From NCBI GenBank assembly GCA_003661775.1, contig QMWT01000001.1:1199-65198 (forward strand): DNA of 64,000 bases, read 5' to 3'. Each line of letters opens with the position of its first letter. The stretch's first letter is position 1. The position numbers were made by a program, and so were the translations under genes. The stretch comes from Thermoprotei archaeon. Lineage in GTDB: Archaea; Thermoproteota; Thermoprotei_A; Sulfolobales; Ignisphaeraceae. Below, piece by piece: positions 38,303 through 47,826 of this stretch. Below the pieces are notes generated by a model. That model was not told the DNA's origin. It did not search any database and was given only the letters and a program-made list of their open reading frames with translations.

Positions 38303-41300
38303 TTAAGTCACTCTTCCCGTGGCTAGTATGTACAGTGTTCGCGCTATGTAGCTACAAACTCGCTTAATCTCATCTCCACACCTCCGCTCGCTTTCTCTGC
38401 ACCGAGGAATAAGAGGTCTACGTTTACTGTGCGTGAATTTTGCTACGATTTCAACAACGTCTCCTAAGGAGACGTCCCTTCTGTAGATTTTCACCACTAA
38501 TGGGTAGAGATCTATAATTCTTCCTTCGTTGCGTAGTACGTCGAAGAGCAATGCGGCTGTCCTATCTTCGGAGGCTATAGTTTGTAACATAGAAAGCTGT
38601 CCGAAGTGTACGAGGAGCACATTACTGGTTCTATAGGTGTAATCTAGAATCTCTTTTAAACCTTTGATAACCTCCGTACATGGAGTACTTTCGAAGGAAG
38701 CACATAGAGCTGATTCTTTTAAAGCAACAGGGGCACTGCCGTAGGATGATAAGCACCAGTAGTTCATTCCCCGAAACGAAATTTGTTCCACGTACAGAGA
38801 TATTACTTTATCCTTACCTTGTAAGAGAGGTTTCAGGGAAGGGATCACGCCGTGTATCTTGAATACTACATGATCCAAGAGCTCATTGGCTAGCTCCTTA
38901 ACTTTCTTCCAATCACCCCTAAGTACATCAGCAAAGTACATAGCAGCTATATCGTCGACGGCCTTCAGCAACACAAAGTGTATTGGACTTGAACCTAGCT
39001 TGTCAACAGAATCGCGTATCTTATTCCAGTCAATACTTGTTAGTATACCTGCAGGTTCCGGCTCCCACACTAAGAGTATAGGTCTCGACTTCACCTGTTC
39101 CTGAACTACAAATTCGACCTCCCTTAAGGGGATTTTGTAGTCAGATAGTCTGAGGGTTACCTGTAGAGCAGCTGCTGCAACTTTAGCTTCCTCTACCTTT
39201 ACACGCGGAGGAAGCTCTATCGTAAAACCATAAGTAAGCCCTTTATAGGATCCGATGCAAGGAGCAGGTACTTCAATAGATTCTCGTCTGTATGTAACAA
39301 CAATTCTATCACCTATCTTGACGGGGCGTGGCCTAGAAGATTCCACTAACCATTTAACATAAAGTGGTTCTTCGAGGAAGAACCCAAAACCTTTCTCAGG
39401 AGTCCTAACAGATATCACCACTAGCGACTGAAGTCTACCACTCAGAACATCTGAGCGGAGATCCGCCTTCTCACCCCATCTAAGCTTTATCAATGCATAA
39501 TGCCTCGAAACCTCGGCTAATACTTCATCAGGTTCCCTCAGCGCTTCGCTTAAGGGTTTTTCCACAATACCTCGCCTAGGGTCAGCTTTCAAAACTATGG
39601 CCTCGTTACCTACATCGAAATTATACAGCTGAAACTTCTCAACGAAATCTCTTCTTGAAACTTCTTCAAGCGGTTTAACTTCGTCATCTTTTTTAATAAA
39701 GCGAGGAACTCCGTAAGGTGGTCCAAACTCGTAGAAGTTTATGTAGAACCACACTCTTCTACCCTCAGAGCTCAAAACAAGTCTTTCTCCATATAGTGAA
39801 CGTTGAAACTCTATTAACCCGAGAGCCTTCAACAGCTCAAGCTCTTTATCCTCAAGTTCCTGCCTTGTGAAGTACTTTACTAAAGCTTTGAAGAGTTTTA
39901 CATAATCATTCTCGGGATTTATATAAACTCCTTCAACCTCTTGTGATAGCCATTCCTTAAGAGCGTCAAGACCAAGCGAAACAAGTTCTCGATCCCACGG
40001 AAACAGCGGCAATACTATACTTTCGGTGAACGGTATTTCTCTTCGCCTACCTTTACGCCCTTCACGTTGTCTAAGTTCTCTTATATCGCGTGGTAGACCG
40101 TAGTGAATAACCCTTACAACTGTTCCTATATCGATTCCCTGCAATAGCGTTCTTACAGTGAAGACAACCTTTATGGTGTTTCTCCTGAGTCCTTCCTCTA
40201 TCCTTGTTCTTACATCCTTGGGTACTAGATGGTGATGCACAGCAACTTTATCGCGATATTCGGAAGGTATAAGCATACCTACTCTTGCAGCTAATCTTTC
40301 GGCAGAACGTATGCTTGGGCAGAACACTATAGTAACTCCATCTTCTTCACCTATAACATATCGTGCTAAGATCTTTTCATATTCTGGATAAGGCTCTTCG
40401 ATTCTGTAACCAGCACTTCTCAATTCTTCAACTACTAACGAAAAATACTTCTTGAACTCGTCGAAGGAGCTCGCCAGCGGCTGTAGATAGGACAATTTGG
40501 GATTTTCTCTTACCAATGTCTTAGCAAGTCTCCACAGATTGTAGAGGTTTCTACCTAGCACGATGTACCATCTATTCCTAACACGAAATGCTTTGCCCCT
40601 AATCACTACCGTTTCTCTTCCTGTCACTCTATCAAGATGTTTCTTCAGATTATCTACGCCTCCAACAGTAGCGCCTAAAACCACGATCTGAGGTTTATGT
40701 GTTATCTCGGCAAGCAGCTCAAGCATTGCAATTAGCAAACTAGCTCTAGAAGAACCATAGAAGTCAAGTTCATCAACCACAATCAACCTTACTTCTCTTA
40801 GAAACTCGGAAAGCCACGAAGATCCATGTGTTATCAATCTCTTGAGATCAGCTAACAAGAATGCTGGGTTTGTTAGTAGTATAAGGGTGGATAATACGTC
40901 CTTTGCCAACACGTATCTTGCCTTAGCGGGTCCATACCTATTCATTAAATCCCTTACATATGTAGAATCAATGCGCATTACCTTTAGTTCGCCGCTAACC
41001 GCATTCAGGTAACTCTTAAGACGTTGAAACTGGTCATCCGTAAGCGCCAATGTGGGATATATTGCTAGGGTACGGATTTTGTTCTTCAGTACATACATGG
41101 CCCAGCTCTCAGTTTTTCCGGAACCCGTGCCCGATACCAATACCACATTCTTTCCTTGTGCAAGATTTTTGAAAACCTCAAGCTGATGTTTATACATACG
41201 TTGCTTAGCTAAGTATCGACATCTCTCATCGCCTTTTGTTAATTGCGGAAGTATATCGGCGAAGGTCATGTCTACGGTTTCGGGCTCAGAGGGGCTCTCT

Positions 41301-41362
41301 TCAAAGTAGAGGTAATTATAGTTGTCTCTCTTCAGTATCTCCTCCGTGTTAATGACCTTCAA
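38303..41362 (-). CDS. Large SF2 DEAD/DEAH-box helicase (Hrq1/MrfA-like)
   Basis: GTGSGKT, YPTLAL, DELD, QGIDIG, QREGRKGR. Confidence 0.88.
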   Translation of the reverse strand: MKVINTEEILKRDNYNYLYFEESPSEPETVDMTFADILPQLTKGDERCRYLAKQRMYKHQLEVFKNLAQGKNVVLVSGTGSGKTESWAMYVLKNKIRTLAIYPTLALTDDQFQRLKSYLNAVSGELKVMRIDSTYVRDLMNRYGPAKARYVLAKDVLSTLILLTNPAFLLADLKRLITHGSSWLSEFLREVRLIVVDELDFYGSSRASLLIAMLELLAEITHKPQIVVLGATVGGVDNLKKHLDRVTGRETVVIRGKAFRVRNRWYIVLGRNLYNLWRLAKTLVRENPKLSYLQPLASSFDEFKKYFSLVVEELRSAGYRIEEPYPEYEKILARYVIGEEDGVTIVFCPSIRSAERLAARVGMLIPSEYRDKVAVHHHLVPKDVRTRIEEGLRRNTIKVVFTVRTLLQGIDIGTVVRVIHYGLPRDIRELRQREGRKGRRREIPFTESIVLPLFPWDRELVSLGLDALKEWLSQEVEGVYINPENDYVKLFKALVKYFTRQELEDKELELLKALGLIEFQRSLYGERLVLSSEGRRVWFYINFYEFGPPYGVPRFIKKDDEVKPLEEVSRRDFVEKFQLYNFDVGNEAIVLKADPRRGIVEKPLSEALREPDEVLAEVSRHYALIKLRWGEKADLRSDVLSGRLQSLVVISVRTPEKGFGFFLEEPLYVKWLVESSRPRPVKIGDRIVVTYRRESIEVPAPCIGSYKGLTYGFTIELPPRVKVEEAKVAAAALQVTLRLSDYKIPLREVEFVVQEQVKSRPILLVWEPEPAGILTSIDWNKIRDSVDKLGSSPIHFVLLKAVDDIAAMYFADVLRGDWKKVKELANELLDHVVFKIHGVIPSLKPLLQGKDKVISLYVEQISFRGMNYWCLSSYGSAPVALKESALCASFESTPCTEVIKGLKEILDYTYRTSNVLLVHFGQLSMLQTIASEDRTAALLFDVLRNEGRIIDLYPLVVKIYRRDVSLGDVVEIVAKFTHSKRRPLIPRCRESERRCGDEIKRVCSYIARTLYILATGRVT

Positions 41363-41368
41363 GGAGTT

Positions 41369-42208
41369 CTATACCTCAACAACCTCTAATCCTAAAGCTC
41401 TAGCTACTTCTTTAATCGCTTCACGAATACCTTTTCTTATCTTCTTCTCAATGACTACCCTACGAATCTCGGGTGTAGATCTTATAGCCTGTTTCGCAAC
41501 ATTATTCACTTCGGCCTCGCTCAAGCTCTTCAGGATGTAGGCAGGGATTATATGACCATAACACTCATCAAGCTTAAACGCTCTAGCTGTAAACTTTGGA
41601 GCATAGTGGCTTCCTCCAAAGCCCACGGATACTGTACAAGCACATTTACCACTTGAGGTTAACTGTTTAATGGACCCTAGCACTGCTCTAGCCACCACTA
41701 CCTGAGCTTCTTTCATTGTCCACTCTTCGTAGCTGCTTCCAATCTCAACAAAGCATATTGGTTTCTCTACGGCTGTAGGTCCGTGATGTGTAGCCTCGTA
41801 GGTTACGTCGAAATCAAGCAATCCATATTCCTCTCTGAGATCTCTTAAGAACTTCAATACAGCCCAGGAAAGGTACGGATTAGAAGGTGGTAGTTTAAAC
41901 ACACTTGACTTCTCACCACGTTCTATTACCCCAGGATGATGCACCGTAAACGATTTCATTCCCGAAGCACTGCTATGTCGTGAAAGAATTACAAAGTAGT
42001 TGACAGCGGTGGCAAGAATGTTCAAGAAATCAAATTCTACCACATCCTCTTCGAACCCTACTAGGTAGGAGCTCAACATTTCGCTATACCACGCTTCTTT
42101 GGATCTAGGAACCTCAACCTCCTGGAAATCACCTACTAGTTCAAGCAGACGAGAGGCTATGCCCCTTCCTGCCGGGTCGTTCACGCTGTAGCATAGGGCA
42201 AACTTCAC
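41369..42208 (-). CDS. dtdA: D-aminoacyl-tRNA deacylase (DTD2)
   Basis: SRHSS, EATHHGPT, FVEIGS, GGSHYAP. Confidence 0.93.
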   Translation of the reverse strand: MKFALCYSVNDPAGRGIASRLLELVGDFQEVEVPRSKEAWYSEMLSSYLVGFEEDVVEFDFLNILATAVNYFVILSRHSSASGMKSFTVHHPGVIERGEKSSVFKLPPSNPYLSWAVLKFLRDLREEYGLLDFDVTYEATHHGPTAVEKPICFVEIGSSYEEWTMKEAQVVVARAVLGSIKQLTSSGKCACTVSVGFGGSHYAPKFTARAFKLDECYGHIIPAYILKSLSEAEVNNVAKQAIRSTPEIRRVVIEKKIRKGIREAIKEVARALGLEVVEV

Positions 42209-42266
42209 TTCTAACCCCGCAACCTATAATGCGCAGCGAGGCAGTATTAGAGAGCATGGTCGTGGC

Positions 42267-42764
42267 ATGCGCACTGCGATCAGAGGAGGATATATACTCG
42301 TGTTCACCCTAAATATTCCGATAGAAGTAACTTATGGGAAGAGTCACTGTTACCTAGAACCAGGACTCTATGCATACATAGGCTCCGCCATGAACGGAGT
42401 CTACGGAAGGGTGGCAAGACACTGCAGGAAGCGTAAGAGGGTATTCTGGCACATAGATAGACTAACGCAATTACAGGAAACCAGGGTATTGGGAGCATTA
42501 GTGTTAATAACTAACGAGCGGAATGTAGAGACCTTTCTAACACATTTAGCACTAAAATACTTCATCCCGGTATGCCCGGGCTTTGGATGCAGCGATACCT
42601 CGGATATCACACACTTGTTCAATATTGCGAGGAGTGCTGATCTACTTAATCTCTGTCGTGATCTCAAAATGTATTATTTACCCTGTGATAAAGCCTACAG
42701 CAGAGGAGATGCAGAGCCTTGTTCAGAGGGGATAGCGAGGCTCTTCACACAGACATACGCATAG
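42267..42764 (+). CDS. GIY-YIG (DUF123) nuclease-family protein
   Basis: GLYAYIGSA, WHID, GFGCSD. Confidence 0.88.
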   Translation: MRTAIRGGYILVFTLNIPIEVTYGKSHCYLEPGLYAYIGSAMNGVYGRVARHCRKRKRVFWHIDRLTQLQETRVLGALVLITNERNVETFLTHLALKYFIPVCPGFGCSDTSDITHLFNIARSADLLNLCRDLKMYYLPCDKAYSRGDAEPCSEGIARLFTQTYA

Positions 42765-43375
42765 TGCTTGAGAGATTAGCCCCTCATGTGTACCTAGACG
42801 ATATAGTTGGGAAGATAAAGGGATTCTATGCACGTGGAAAGATCAGCCTTAACCATGCATTAGCGGAGGTTGTGATTGCACACTACCTAAGAGCTCAAGG
42901 TTTTAAACACGTTGATGTAGAGCATAACATAGCCCCTCGAATAGTCTGTGATGTTTATGGAGAACTTGAGCGGGGTAAGCTATGTGTTGAGATCGAGTAT
43001 GGATTCGTACCACCAGAATACGCTACAGAACCCAACTCCTATCTTAGAGCTAGGATAGCAAAGAAAATAGCGACGATCTCGCAACACGTTGATATTCTCG
43101 CATTCGCTATACCGCCTCACTACATACCACCTATACCGCTTATCTTGTTAAGACCGCCATGCACACGATCGCGGAGTAGAAGAGGACTATCCGATCTAAT
43201 CTCATTAATAAAAAGATTTTACCCTGATAGCGATATCGAAGCCACCGAGAAGATATTAACACGTGCCGAGATAGGATTCTTTTTAATAGTTGACATAGAT
43301 AGAGGGAAAGTTGCTAAGCTGACCCCTCAGCAAATGGAAATACTTCTAACGACTATCGACTCCTTTCTCACTTGA
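42719..43375 (+). CDS. Conserved hypothetical protein (PD-(D/E)xK-like)
   Basis: 'DVEH...CDVYG...VEIEYGFVPP' pattern. Confidence 0.7.
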   Translation: MFRGDSEALHTDIRIVLERLAPHVYLDDIVGKIKGFYARGKISLNHALAEVVIAHYLRAQGFKHVDVEHNIAPRIVCDVYGELERGKLCVEIEYGFVPPEYATEPNSYLRARIAKKIATISQHVDILAFAIPPHYIPPIPLILLRPPCTRSRSRRGLSDLISLIKRFYPDSDIEATEKILTRAEIGFFLIVDIDRGKVAKLTPQQMEILLTTIDSFLT

Positions 43376-44714
43376 TCTGTATTTCCTCTAGCGACCTAAG
43401 CACATCATTGAATACCTTGATAACCTCATCAACGTATTCCATTTTGTTTTTATCCAGGTACAGCCTCACTACAGCGATCATACTAGGCGCATAAAGCCAT
43501 GTGAACTCTGTTACATGTCTAGCTAACACACCGTGTCCATGCTTTATAAAGATGTACTCATCCTGCAACATAGGATTTAAGGGAAGTTTTGGCGTATCCA
43601 CGAAGTAATCTCTTCCCGGTTTAAGCTCTATGCCTCTAGCCATTAACACCTCATCCATTTTCTGCTCAAGGTACCTAGCACTGAACCCAGCCATTTCTGC
43701 AATAGATCCGCGTTGTCCATGCAGGAGGAACTTATGTTCTGCCACTGCTTTGAAGGGTATCCTTCGAGACAAGAGCGCTTTAGCCTCTGGTAATCTTCTT
43801 ATCTCGGGGTGTGAAAGTAGGAAATAATCATCTAGCTCCATGTAAAGCCTTACATTTTTGACATAGTTCGACAAACCCATAATTCTATCCACGTTTTCTA
43901 GCAGCGAACAAACAAGCTTCTCGATCGCCCGGACCTTTTTGTGGTAATACACCGTAGAGAACATGAACACCCTGGCTATGAGCACTTGGTCAACAACTTC
44001 CAATGCACGTTCATCAACAACAATTTTATCCTCATGTATTTCCGAGAAGTGCGCCAACCTTATCCAGTCTATAGACTTGGAGTATCCAGCACCTGTAAAG
44101 TACGAGTCGCGAAGAAGGTAATCAATGGTATCGCCGCTGAAAGCCCCCTTTAAAATATAGAATAGCGCTTTCTCGTTCGCATTACCAGCAAAAGAATTGC
44201 CGAAAGGCCATTCCTTAATACTTTTGCTTGCAAGAGCCGCAGCTACATCGTTAACCTTATAACCATATTCCTCAACTAGATCCTCTACAATACCGGTAAT
44301 TTCAGATTCGTTAAGCAGAATGTTTGCAGACATCAACTCGTGATCTAGTCCTTTAGGGATGAGTACACACCCCTCGAATGTATGACTGAAAGGGCCGTGA
44401 CCTATATCATGTAGAAGCGCCAGTAACCTCATCAAGACTACGTATTGGATAAAATCGTCATTTGTGACCCCTGCCTTCACCAGCAACTCGCGCATCATGG
44501 TTTCAACTACGTGAGCTACTCCTAAGCTGTGCTCAAACCTCGTATGCTGAGCTCCTGGATATACCAAGTAAGCCATGCTTAACTGCTTGATCCTTCTAAG
44601 TCTTTGAAAAGCAAGTGTGTCCACTATTGGAAGTTCGTGAGCATAAATGCGTATATACCCATGCACCGGGTCTTTAACTATTTTATACTTATCGGGCCGG
44701 GGCTTCAACGCCAC
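43368..44714 (-). CDS. HD-domain phosphohydrolase (SAMHD1/dNTPase-like)
   Basis: DPVHG, QRLRRIKQL, RFEHSLG, LLHDIGHGPFSH, DYLLRD; start placed at GTG 44714. Confidence 0.92.
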   Translation of the reverse strand: MALKPRPDKYKIVKDPVHGYIRIYAHELPIVDTLAFQRLRRIKQLSMAYLVYPGAQHTRFEHSLGVAHVVETMMRELLVKAGVTNDDFIQYVVLMRLLALLHDIGHGPFSHTFEGCVLIPKGLDHELMSANILLNESEITGIVEDLVEEYGYKVNDVAAALASKSIKEWPFGNSFAGNANEKALFYILKGAFSGDTIDYLLRDSYFTGAGYSKSIDWIRLAHFSEIHEDKIVVDERALEVVDQVLIARVFMFSTVYYHKKVRAIEKLVCSLLENVDRIMGLSNYVKNVRLYMELDDYFLLSHPEIRRLPEAKALLSRRIPFKAVAEHKFLLHGQRGSIAEMAGFSARYLEQKMDEVLMARGIELKPGRDYFVDTPKLPLNPMLQDEYIFIKHGHGVLARHVTEFTWLYAPSMIAVVRLYLDKNKMEYVDEVIKVFNDVLRSLEEIQIK

Positions 44715-44801
44715 TTCATGGTATACTAATAACTCTGTATGAATAATGAAGTTTCTGCTTATAAGCATTGGAGTAACTCCGTATTATTTGGTAAGGGTAT
44801 C

Positions 44802-46166
44802 ATGAGCTATCTGACGCTGACGCCCAAAGATCTCGAAGCGCTAGTGATGGCGGTTAAGCTAGCTGAGGAAGTAAAACCTAGTCAGCAAGCTAAAAGAGAT
44901 GTGTTTAGCAAGTATGGTATAGCAGGAAGCTACAAGGATCGTGTACTCACAGCGATATTCTACGACCTGCATAAGAGAATGGGGATAATCGATAGGATTA
45001 TATGCGAGTTAACTGGGGTAAGCAATACCGCCATACTCGATCCGTGGCTTCGGGCAGCATTGAGGGTTGCCGTGGAGCTCTTAGTCTTCGAGAGGCATGT
45101 CAAGGATGAGGTTTCTCTCAAGGATCTGCTTGTTAAGTATTTCAAGTCCCGAATAGCGAAATTTCTCTCGGATTCCACCCATCCGTATGTGAGCATGTAC
45201 TTCTGGGACCTTGTAGATAAAATACGGGATTATAGATACGAAGCTAAGGATCTTATATCACGTTGGGAGTATAGATATTTGATTTCACGCACTATAATAG
45301 AGAGAATGATCAAACTCATAGGAAAGGAAGAGACAAGAAAACTTCTCAAGGCATTCAACAGAATACCTATGATAAATGTCCGGGTAAACATACTCAAAGC
45401 TACAGTTGAGGAGGTTGAAAAGAAACTTCTTGAAGAAGGAGTTAAGCCTGCAAGAGGTAAGTACGTACCCACAGTACTCAAATTCGAAGGACCTTACGAT
45501 TTTGATAAAAGCGAGTTATTCCAGGAGGGCAAGATCATAATACAGGATGAGGCTGCGGCAGCAGCTTCTATCCTGCTCGATCCTAAGCCCGGAGAGGTTG
45601 TTGTAGATATGGCAGCCGCTCCCGGTGGTAAAACTGAGCATATGGGTGAACTTATGAAAAATAGCGGAGTCATACACGCTTTCGACATCGACAAGTTCAG
45701 GGTTAGAAGAATGAAGGAGCTACTGCGGAGAGCGGGTATAACGATAGTGAAGATCCACCTCGAGGACTCTCGACGCGCTCCCGAGATCTTGGGTGAAGAA
45801 ATAGCAGATAAGGTACTTCTCGATGCCCCATGTACATCGAGCGGCACCATAATGAAGAATCATGAGCTGCGGTGGAGGATCATGGAGAAGAAAATTCTTG
45901 AGATGTCTAAGCTACAGCTTGAGATGCTTGAAGCAGGATTCAAACTTCTTAAACCTGGTGGGATGCTTCTCTACACAACTTGTTCGCTCTTTAGAGAAGA
46001 GAATGAAGATGTTATTGAGAAGTTCCTAAGAAGATATGCAAACGCCAGACTGATAGAGCTTAAAGGTCCGTTCGACCTCGGCTTTATCCCAGGGACTATG
46101 AGGGCTTGGCCACATAGACATGGTACTTTAGGCTTCTTCTATGCTCTCATAGAGCGCAAAACTTGA
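44802..46166 (+). CDS. RsmB/NOP (Fmu-type) RNA m5C methyltransferase with NusB-like N-terminus
   Basis: IQD, DMAAAPGGKT, DAPCTSSG, YTTCS, EENE. Confidence 0.93.
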   Translation: MSYLTLTPKDLEALVMAVKLAEEVKPSQQAKRDVFSKYGIAGSYKDRVLTAIFYDLHKRMGIIDRIICELTGVSNTAILDPWLRAALRVAVELLVFERHVKDEVSLKDLLVKYFKSRIAKFLSDSTHPYVSMYFWDLVDKIRDYRYEAKDLISRWEYRYLISRTIIERMIKLIGKEETRKLLKAFNRIPMINVRVNILKATVEEVEKKLLEEGVKPARGKYVPTVLKFEGPYDFDKSELFQEGKIIIQDEAAAAASILLDPKPGEVVVDMAAAPGGKTEHMGELMKNSGVIHAFDIDKFRVRRMKELLRRAGITIVKIHLEDSRRAPEILGEEIADKVLLDAPCTSSGTIMKNHELRWRIMEKKILEMSKLQLEMLEAGFKLLKPGGMLLYTTCSLFREENEDVIEKFLRRYANARLIELKGPFDLGFIPGTMRAWPHRHGTLGFFYALIERKT

Positions 46167-46191
46167 TATTCCCGGAAAACCCTAACATGAG

Positions 46192-46273
46192 TAGGCCCGC
46201 GACCCCGCGCAACGGGGCCGATGGCCTAGTATGAGCGCGGGGCCCCCAAGCGGCGCAGATAGCGCCCCTCGCT
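46192..46273. ncRNA. Unclassified GC-rich structured intergenic element
   Basis: Several mutually exclusive stems (TAGGCC/GGCCTA, CCCCGCGC/GCGCGGGG, GGCGC/GCGCC) between convergent genes. Confidence 0.5.
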
Positions 46274-46282
46274 ACATAATTT

Positions 46283-46972
46283 CTAACGCATCTTCACAGT
46301 GTAACTGTTCCCGTTCACAGCCACTATAGCTATATCGGCTAGGTCTTTAGTTAACCGTACGAAGTATTCCTCCAGCGCTATCAATTCTTCGTAGGTAGGT
46401 GAAGGCAAGAAGTATATCTCCTGAAGGTCGTTCATCACAACCAGATACTGTGATACCCTTGATACCATGTAATCGAAGAACTCCTCGCTGAGTATTTCAG
46501 CGACCTTTAACCATCCCTGATGAGCATGAGGAGACAAACATAGTATCCTAGCACTTTCACCATCAAGGTTGATGCCTACACACTCAACCTTCTGCTTAAG
46601 CTGGTACGCGTCGATTACATCGTAAGGCGTGGGTATATGTATGGGTACAGGATGCGTATGGAATGCACCAAGAAATTCTCTGCAAAATCTTGGCATCTTG
46701 ACAATCTCTTCTGCAGGCACCTCCATAGGATAAGTGCCTACATACACAGCCGATTTACTACACATAGCATAGCTTTCCTCAGTGAGGTAGCTACTATGCA
46801 AGGGTACTCGGTTATTTTCGGCCATGTATTTTAGAAGAGGTTCCTCCCCCTCTTCAACACTCTTCAACACTATATCACGCACAATCAGATTACGTCTTCC
46901 TACGTAACTCGCTACCGGCGTAGTATCGATGATTATCGAAGCCAGTACAGACATAAGGTCTTCATCTAGCAT
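46283..46972 (-). CDS. Hypothetical protein with JAB/MPN (JAMM)-like motif
   Basis: H-T-H-x7-T-x2-D (FHTHPVPIHIPTPYD). Confidence 0.65.
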   Translation of the reverse strand: MLDEDLMSVLASIIIDTTPVASYVGRRNLIVRDIVLKSVEEGEEPLLKYMAENNRVPLHSSYLTEESYAMCSKSAVYVGTYPMEVPAEEIVKMPRFCREFLGAFHTHPVPIHIPTPYDVIDAYQLKQKVECVGINLDGESARILCLSPHAHQGWLKVAEILSEEFFDYMVSRVSQYLVVMNDLQEIYFLPSPTYEELIALEEYFVRLTKDLADIAIVAVNGNSYTVKMR

Positions 46973-47109
46973 ACCTGTTCACAGGTCTTACTACTTTAGC
47001 GCCGGGAGTAAAAAGTAATGTTAGTTCTTCGAACCGGTTCTGCCAAAGCATTACACAAGAGAAATCTCTTTGTTACTGCTACTCTGCGTAGGGTATTTGG
47101 AAGAACCTT

Positions 47110-47388
47110 ATGGAGAAGGAAGAACTCAGATCTGTGTTGCTTGCAGACCCTAGATTGTGCACGAAGTGCAGATTATGCGAAAAACTATGCCCTACATATG
47201 CTATAATCTTTGATAACAAGGGTACACTCGTGTTTCGCACTGAACGCTGTATAGCATGTTACGGCTGCGTAGTTATTTGTCCTAAAAAGGCACTTTCATT
47301 AGAAGTGCAAGCACCTGAGGTAGACCTTGACAAGCTTTGCCAGGAAAAAAGTAGCCGTTCCCTTATCAACTTTATACACAGAGAATGA
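47110..47388 (+). CDS. 2x[4Fe-4S] ferredoxin-like protein
   Basis: Two CxxCxxCxxxCP motifs. Confidence 0.9.
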   Translation: MEKEELRSVLLADPRLCTKCRLCEKLCPTYAIIFDNKGTLVFRTERCIACYGCVVICPKKALSLEVQAPEVDLDKLCQEKSSRSLINFIHRE

Positions 47389-47396
47389 GGATAAGC

Positions 47397-47450
47397 TCAG
47401 TAGCGCCAGCCTTCTTCACCTTTAATCCGACGGGGTTTAGAACTCATCAT
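47397..47450 (-). ncRNA. Box C/D sRNA (degenerate D')
   Basis: ATGATGA-gttctaaaccccgt-CGGA-ttaaag-GTGAAGA-aggctggcgcta-CTGA, just downstream of rpl38e. Confidence 0.8.
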
Positions 47451-47462
47451 CTTCTCATTGAT

Positions 47463-47666
47463 TCAAACCTCGACTATCTGAGGACATTTTAGTTTTTTGA
47501 GGAATTCCTCGAGTTTTTCTAGAGGAATTTTAATTGTGTAGAGATACCTCTTTGTTCGAGCTTTTACCTTAGCTATACCCTCTTTTTCAATTCTCTTTAC
47601 TCTACATTCGCGAGCTCTCTCTGTTATTTTTATGAACTCCTCTTCGTTTGTCATGAATACAGGCAT
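47463..47666 (-). CDS. rpl38e: Ribosomal protein eL38
   Basis: 'MP...EEF...ARECRVKR...KVKARTKRYLYT' signature; 67 aa. Confidence 0.88.
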   Translation of the reverse strand: MPVFMTNEEEFIKITERARECRVKRIEKEGIAKVKARTKRYLYTIKIPLEKLEEFLKKLKCPQIVEV

Positions 47667-47723
47667 TCTTGCTACACCCCCATCTGTGTAAAAGCCTTCA
47701 CACACCCTTTAAATAGAATTCGT

Positions 47724-47774
47724 TCAGTGGGTAACCGCTTCATCATCATTTCAAGTCCCCGAAAAATTCATCAT
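47724..47774 (-). ncRNA. Box C/D sRNA
   Basis: ATGATGA-atttttcggggac-TTGA-aatg-ATGATGA-agcggttaccca-CTGA. Confidence 0.85.
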
Positions 47775-47826
47775 CTCGATACTCCTTTTAGTTTCCGAGG
47801 CTAAAACACTGCTGACGTGATGTGGG

